Shown piece after piece: positions 34,901 to 37,908 of a stretch of 37,908 nucleotides of DNA. The stretch comes from a virus (Duplodnaviria; Caudoviricetes). Numbering within the stretch: position 1 is the stretch's first letter; every line of letters starts with the position of its first letter. The position numbers were made by a program, and so were the translations under genes. The DNA lies in IMG/VR virus record IMGVR_UViG_3300032255_000170, positions 1-37,908 of that record. One strand, written 5' to 3'. The notes under the pieces are model-generated. The model was not told where the DNA came from. It ran no database searches and saw nothing but the letters and a program-made list of their open reading frames with translations.

Positions 34901-34931
34901 CGAAGCAATTGCTGCGGTTGAGGCGGCGTGA
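31926..34931 (+). CDS. Tail-tube paralogue fused to SGNH hydrolase, Ig-like and possible lectin domains
   Basis: Residues 1-201 align without gaps to 24242-24847; VVGDSIG and GDGIHP motifs; GNPAPTLAYQWQK...ISCEITATN Ig-like domain. Confidence 0.85.
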   Translation: MTPSEIIASPYTIWIAPVDTAFPAVNAAPGSAWTKIGTSGDRSYSENGVTGRHIRRNETTQPAGSTSPTYSFTSGEEYRVAAELFDLSLEQYAHALGQNAIVATSALPGLPGTKVIGLSMRARSEDVFAIMVRGPSPYGETLRAQFELPRCREAGTGPQVRLRRGVPAALAIEFVALEDPNAVSEDQLFGRLVAQTADELARSGTSPNLYSFAGTGYRWPVVGQAATETFFASEWYHHTPDYETTDIRFNCPAFWSPTAGGEVAIATGESITIQGVSIEVSPGVWVACDGAAETGVATVDENNLNALLPRVQATLAANTAYRCRIAGFFSSAGLVVPRNTLAPGGGAPGGQSRREGAATTLFDRLSATGSNLANNSGAVYYVPSFPVAKGGDGRPAELVVGDSIGHGGNDTQAEAAWTARNAVGYVERGLDDNGEGLRIASHIMCIPGQRPVGAFGWDNPANWSGKIAALQGVFNANGDWPFDEILNQHITNSIPYSGTLRTDMDTYFDLLASTFGKPVYQIEGLPATSSSDGFATVANQTPTSGYAAAGATQGHLWAFNADVGGADGLGDAAAYYRASGKIAGSIAPWRLTSADTTTGRDKWAVRPFATTLASAYASGNDIILTAAPDIGAAINMNQNTGGFGTLRTVTAVSGTGPFTVTLSGAPGTAANAGNAVQEAWGDGIHPSGTVHAVLAQSIIDYKVTRGWASPLIVPAFTSSSISGTPEDGQILTANAVVTGNPAPTLAYQWQKAGVNISGEASQTITLNAGTMSLTDADIISCEITATNSVASAVAEPTIAFVGASGAVPTFLATINASSESGYFDMTAAVINGSGRFEATDDNGGAVFTTVGTSVNPNIDGTLGAVYPDGTTLITRAQAAGLYTLVFTMTKAAGVGDAADAFMFGNDTRIRSGQTTALTVPVEVDGVSITTEDALYTALNDAAEHTIAVPGFDRSAALDIDIGRSGSGFLGSVRRVAIISETDAGGNLATWKAEAIAAVEAA

Positions 34932-35185
34932 TGATTGCCGAGGTGGAGCGGTTCCTGCGCCGCACGGATATGCCTGCGTCAACATTTGGCCGCATGGCAG
35001 TTGGCGATCCCAAGCTGGTTTACGATCTGCGCGGGGGCCGCGCGCCTCGCTCGTCTCTGCGCCGGCGCGTTGAAGGCTTCATGCGCGATTGGAACGGCAA
35101 AACATTCCAGCGCCAATGCGCTGCTGAAACCCGCCCGCGCATTCGCCACGGGGCAAATCACAAACGCAAAATAGGAGTGAGATAA
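34931..35185 (+). CDS. Small Cro-like HTH protein
   Basis: EVERFLRRTDMPASTFGRMAVGDPKLVYDLRGGR. Confidence 0.7.
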   Translation: MIAEVERFLRRTDMPASTFGRMAVGDPKLVYDLRGGRAPRSSLRRRVEGFMRDWNGKTFQRQCAAETRPRIRHGANHKRKIGVR

Positions 35186-35538
35186 TGGGACTTTTTGGAC
35201 CCTCTGTCGCGGAGATGCAGCAGGCAATATCCGCCGCGCTTAGCGCACGCGAAACTCCGCCGCCTCTGGTCCTACCCAAATTCCCGACGTCGTTGGACGT
35301 AGCCCAGCCAGAGGTTCGCCCTGCGCGCGATATGCGGCCATTCGCAGATGATGATGCCGGTGCACGTCTGGACCCGCGCCCGCACGCCCTGTGGGCCAAT
35401 GGTGCGGCAGAGATCAAGGTCGAGAACGAGAGCGGTGATGTCGTCCTGTTCAAGGTTGCCGGTCCCGGACCGATCGATGTCTCGCCCGCCGCCATTCACA
35501 GCGTCAAGGGCGGCCCGATCGTTCTGCTCTTCCCCTGA
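35185..35538 (+). CDS. Hypothetical protein
   Basis: AGGAG SD; TAATG overlap. Confidence 0.7.
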   Translation: MGLFGPSVAEMQQAISAALSARETPPPLVLPKFPTSLDVAQPEVRPARDMRPFADDDAGARLDPRPHALWANGAAEIKVENESGDVVLFKVAGPGPIDVSPAAIHSVKGGPIVLLFP

Positions 35539-35565
35539 CCGTCACAATCAAAAGGAACATCGACC

Positions 35566-36123
35566 ATGCCACGTCGCAAAAAAGAAACCGTCCACGCCCC
35601 GCAAAACGCCTCTGAGGCCACACTTATGATCGCTGAGTATGTCCAGCTGGAGCGTAAGGCCGCGCTCGAGCGGCTTGCGGCCGAGGACGCGATCGACAAG
35701 GTCAAGGCGCAGCGCGACACCGCCCTGCGCGAGATCGAGGTGGAGGCCAAAGACCTGTTTGCCGGGATCAAAGTTTGGTGGGAAGCGGGCGGCAATGACG
35801 ACGTGGCGCGCGGCAAAAAGTCGGCCGAGATCGCCAATGCGAAAGTCGGCATTCGGACCGGGATGCCCCAAGTGAAGTTGGCGCGCAAAGTGAAGCTGGG
35901 CGATGTTGTCGCTTGGCTGCGCGGGCTTCGCTGGAGCGAGGCTAGCACGTTCCTGCGGACCAAGGTGACACTGGATAAGGAAGCGGTGATCAAAGCGGTT
36001 CGCGCCGATCCTCAGACTAAGAAGAAATTCTCCGCCCATTTGACTGTCGAGCAGGGCGATGAATTCTTCATCGACACCGGCCTCGATGATGATGCGCTGA
36101 AGGCAGAACTCGCCGCTTCCTAA
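35566..36123 (+). CDS. gam: Mu Gam-like host nuclease inhibitor
   Basis: Coiled coil, KKSAEIANAKVGIRTGMPQV, FLRTKVTLDKEAV, VEQGDEFFI. Confidence 0.85.
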   Translation: MPRRKKETVHAPQNASEATLMIAEYVQLERKAALERLAAEDAIDKVKAQRDTALREIEVEAKDLFAGIKVWWEAGGNDDVARGKKSAEIANAKVGIRTGMPQVKLARKVKLGDVVAWLRGLRWSEASTFLRTKVTLDKEAVIKAVRADPQTKKKFSAHLTVEQGDEFFIDTGLDDDALKAELAAS

Positions 36124-36124
36124 A

Positions 36125-36242
36125 CGGGGGCGGCCGGGCTGCTCTAACAGCCCGAACCGCGAGCCAGTAACTCGCACCTTTGGCCGCGCGCGCGGCCTCC
36201 AGCTCCCCCGGCCACGAGTGGCGGGAGTACAGTTAGGTGCAA
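36125..36242 (+). promoter_or_regulatory. Structured leader upstream of the Dam-like methylase
   Basis: Hairpins GGGCTG/CAGCCC, GCGAG/CTCGC and GCCAC/GTGGC; GCACCT is complementary to the SD region AGGTGC. Confidence 0.5.
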
Positions 36243-36245
36243 ATG

Positions 36246-37037
36246 ATGAATCAAGAATTGAAACCCGTCCGCCCCGTTCGCCCAGTCGCCCCGTGGTTGG
36301 GTGGTAAGCGCATCCTCGCCAAGCGGATCGGTGAGATGATCAACCGGACCGAGCATGTCCGCTATGTCGAGCCGTTCGTTGGCATGGGCGGTGTGTTCTT
36401 CCGCCGATCGGCGAAGCCAAAGATGGAAGTGATCAACGATGTGAACCGGGATGTGATCAATCTCTTCCGCATTTTGCAGCGTCATTATCAGCAGCTGCTC
36501 GATGTCCTGAAGTTCCAGCTCTACAGCCGCGCTGACTTCTCCCGCTTGCTGGCCACCGATGCGGAGCAGCTCACCGATCTGGAGCGGGCAGCCCGCTTCC
36601 TTTACCTCCAGAAGGCCAGTTTTGGCGGTATGGGCCGGACGCTGGGCGTCGACTATTCGGGCAGCCGGTGGAGCCTGAACAAGGTGGAGCCGCTGCTCGA
36701 TGCGGTTCATGATCGGCTCGACGGTGTGTTGATCGAGTGCCTCGACTTCGGCACCTGCATCGAGCGGTATGACAGCCGCCCCGGAGCGCTCTTCTATTGC
36801 GATCCGCCGTACTGGGGGCACACCGATGATTATGGCAAAGACATCTTTCAGCAGGCAGATTTTGAACGCCTAAGAGGCCTCTTAATGGGCGCTCAGGGCC
36901 AATTTATTCTATCCTTAAATGACCGGCCGGAGGTGCGTGAGCTGTTCGCTGGCTGCCAAATGGAAGAAGTTGAGCTGAATTATCGGGCCAGCGGGAAGGT
37001 GACACCAGCGCGCGAGCTGATAATCTCTGGTCCCTAG
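36246..37037 (+). CDS. D12-class (Dam-like) DNA adenine methyltransferase at the mom position
   Basis: PWLGGKR, YVEPFVGMGGVF, EVINDVN, FYCDPPY, FILSLND. Confidence 0.92.
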   Translation: MNQELKPVRPVRPVAPWLGGKRILAKRIGEMINRTEHVRYVEPFVGMGGVFFRRSAKPKMEVINDVNRDVINLFRILQRHYQQLLDVLKFQLYSRADFSRLLATDAEQLTDLERAARFLYLQKASFGGMGRTLGVDYSGSRWSLNKVEPLLDAVHDRLDGVLIECLDFGTCIERYDSRPGALFYCDPPYWGHTDDYGKDIFQQADFERLRGLLMGAQGQFILSLNDRPEVRELFAGCQMEEVELNYRASGKVTPARELIISGP

Positions 37038-37059
37038 GCGGTGCGGCTACACAATGGCG

Positions 37060-37127
37060 CTGCGATAGACTGAAAAAGTGCTCTAGAATGTCTTGTCAAA
37101 GACTCCAGCTTCTCGCGCCGCGCTACA
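37060..37127 (+). other. Probable right end (attR) of the transposable prophage
   Basis: Ends CTCGCGCCGCGCTACA (terminal CA) between the last phage gene and a host gene; not confirmed without the left end. Confidence 0.55.
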
Positions 37128-37245
37128 CGCGCAGAATGTGCTGCTTGTAACTCGTTCAGCCTCGACAGCGAAACTGTGAATACCTAGAACCCCCACAAAT
37201 TCGCGAAAGACCCTTTGACAGGGCGATGGTGGAGCGACGCATTTT

Positions 37246-37908
37246 ATGAAGCTGATTATCGGGAATAAGAACTATTCAAGCTGGTCGCTGCGCGGCTGGC
37301 TCGCGGCAAAGCAATCGGGGATTGCCTTTGAAGAGATCACTGTCCCGATGCTGGGTGAACAGTGGGACAAGCGTAAAGAGGCAGACGATTTTCAACCCTC
37401 TAGCGGCAAAGTGCCGATCCTTTGGGACGGCGACAATGTCATCTGGGACAGTTTGGCGATCATGGAATATTTGGCCGACAAGGTTGGGCGGGATCGGTTT
37501 TGGCCGAAAGACGAAAGCGCGCGGGGCATGGCGCGCGCAATGGTCGCAGAAATGCACTCGTCTTACATGTCCTTGCGCGGTGAAATGCCGATGAACGTGC
37601 GCCGCCGGATTCAATTGCAAAATGTGTCCGACCAAACCCGCGCCGATGTTGTCCGCATCCTTGGCCTGTGGGCAGAGGCGCGCGCGCGCCACGGAAGCGC
37701 GGGGCCGTTTCTGTTTGGCACCTTCGGCGCAGCAGACATTTTCTACGCGCCCGTCGTCTCGCGCTTTTTGACCTATGGCATTGGCGTGCCCGGCTTTGCG
37801 CAAAGCTATATGCAGGCGGTCTGGGAACACACGTGGATGGCGGAGTGGATCGCAGCTTCCGAAAGTGAAGAATGGGTTATCGAACAATACGAGGCGGTTG
37901 GCGCATGA
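37246..37908 (+). CDS. Host glutathione S-transferase family protein
   Basis: IGNKNYSSWSLRGWL, PSSGKVPIL, WDSLAIMEYL, FLFGTFGAADIFYAPV. Confidence 0.95.
   Translation: MKLIIGNKNYSSWSLRGWLAAKQSGIAFEEITVPMLGEQWDKRKEADDFQPSSGKVPILWDGDNVIWDSLAIMEYLADKVGRDRFWPKDESARGMARAMVAEMHSSYMSLRGEMPMNVRRRIQLQNVSDQTRADVVRILGLWAEARARHGSAGPFLFGTFGAADIFYAPVVSRFLTYGIGVPGFAQSYMQAVWEHTWMAEWIAASESEEWVIEQYEAVGA

Larger units (their letters stand above)
1..37127 (+). mobile_element. Mu-like transposable prophage with HK97-type head and long non-contractile tail; left end outside the window
   Basis: Contains a MuA DDE transposase, MuB ATPase, GemA, Mor, Mu gp26/27/28-like genes and Gam, with contiguous head, tail and lysis genes. 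No integrase or tail sheath was seen. A CA-terminated end precedes a host gene. Confidence 0.93.

Noticed and set aside
29748-37127. Mu-type invertible tail-fibre segment or diversity-generating retroelement
   Set aside because: No Gin-like invertase, reverse transcriptase or template/variable repeat pair was found. The tube duplication is too diverged and is not adenine-specific.
1-37908. CRISPR array, tRNA or rRNA genes
   Set aside because: No regularly spaced repeats or recognisable structural RNA genes were seen.
37246-37908. GST as phage cargo
   Set aside because: It lies beyond the probable terminal CA and looks like an ordinary chromosomal gene.

Overview
Almost the whole window (1 to about 37127) is an apparently intact Mu-like transposable prophage in a GC-rich host, probably a sphingomonad alphaproteobacterium (inferred). 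The left end lies outside the window. A probable right end (...GCGCTACA, 37127) is followed by a host glutathione S-transferase gene. Gene order is: lipoprotein and CI repressor, divergent Cro with paired operators, an early accessory region (ParB-like protein, adenine methyltransferase, ASCH), MuA, MuB, GemA, Mor, a lysis cassette (GH108 lysin, nested spanins, holin), Mu-type terminase, an HK97-type head, a siphovirus tail, then Gam and a Dam-like methylase. The most unusual observations are: (1) a second, gap-free paralogue of the tail tube protein fused to an SGNH esterase, an Ig-like domain and a possible lectin; (2) a CarF/TMEM189-family lipid desaturase inserted among the head-tail joining genes; (3) an Acb2/Tad1-like candidate anti-defence protein; (4) a 24-bp palindromic element shared by the lysis and capsid leaders; (5) accessory genes bracketed by duplicated stop/start junctions. 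All family calls come from motif recognition by eye; no searches were run.
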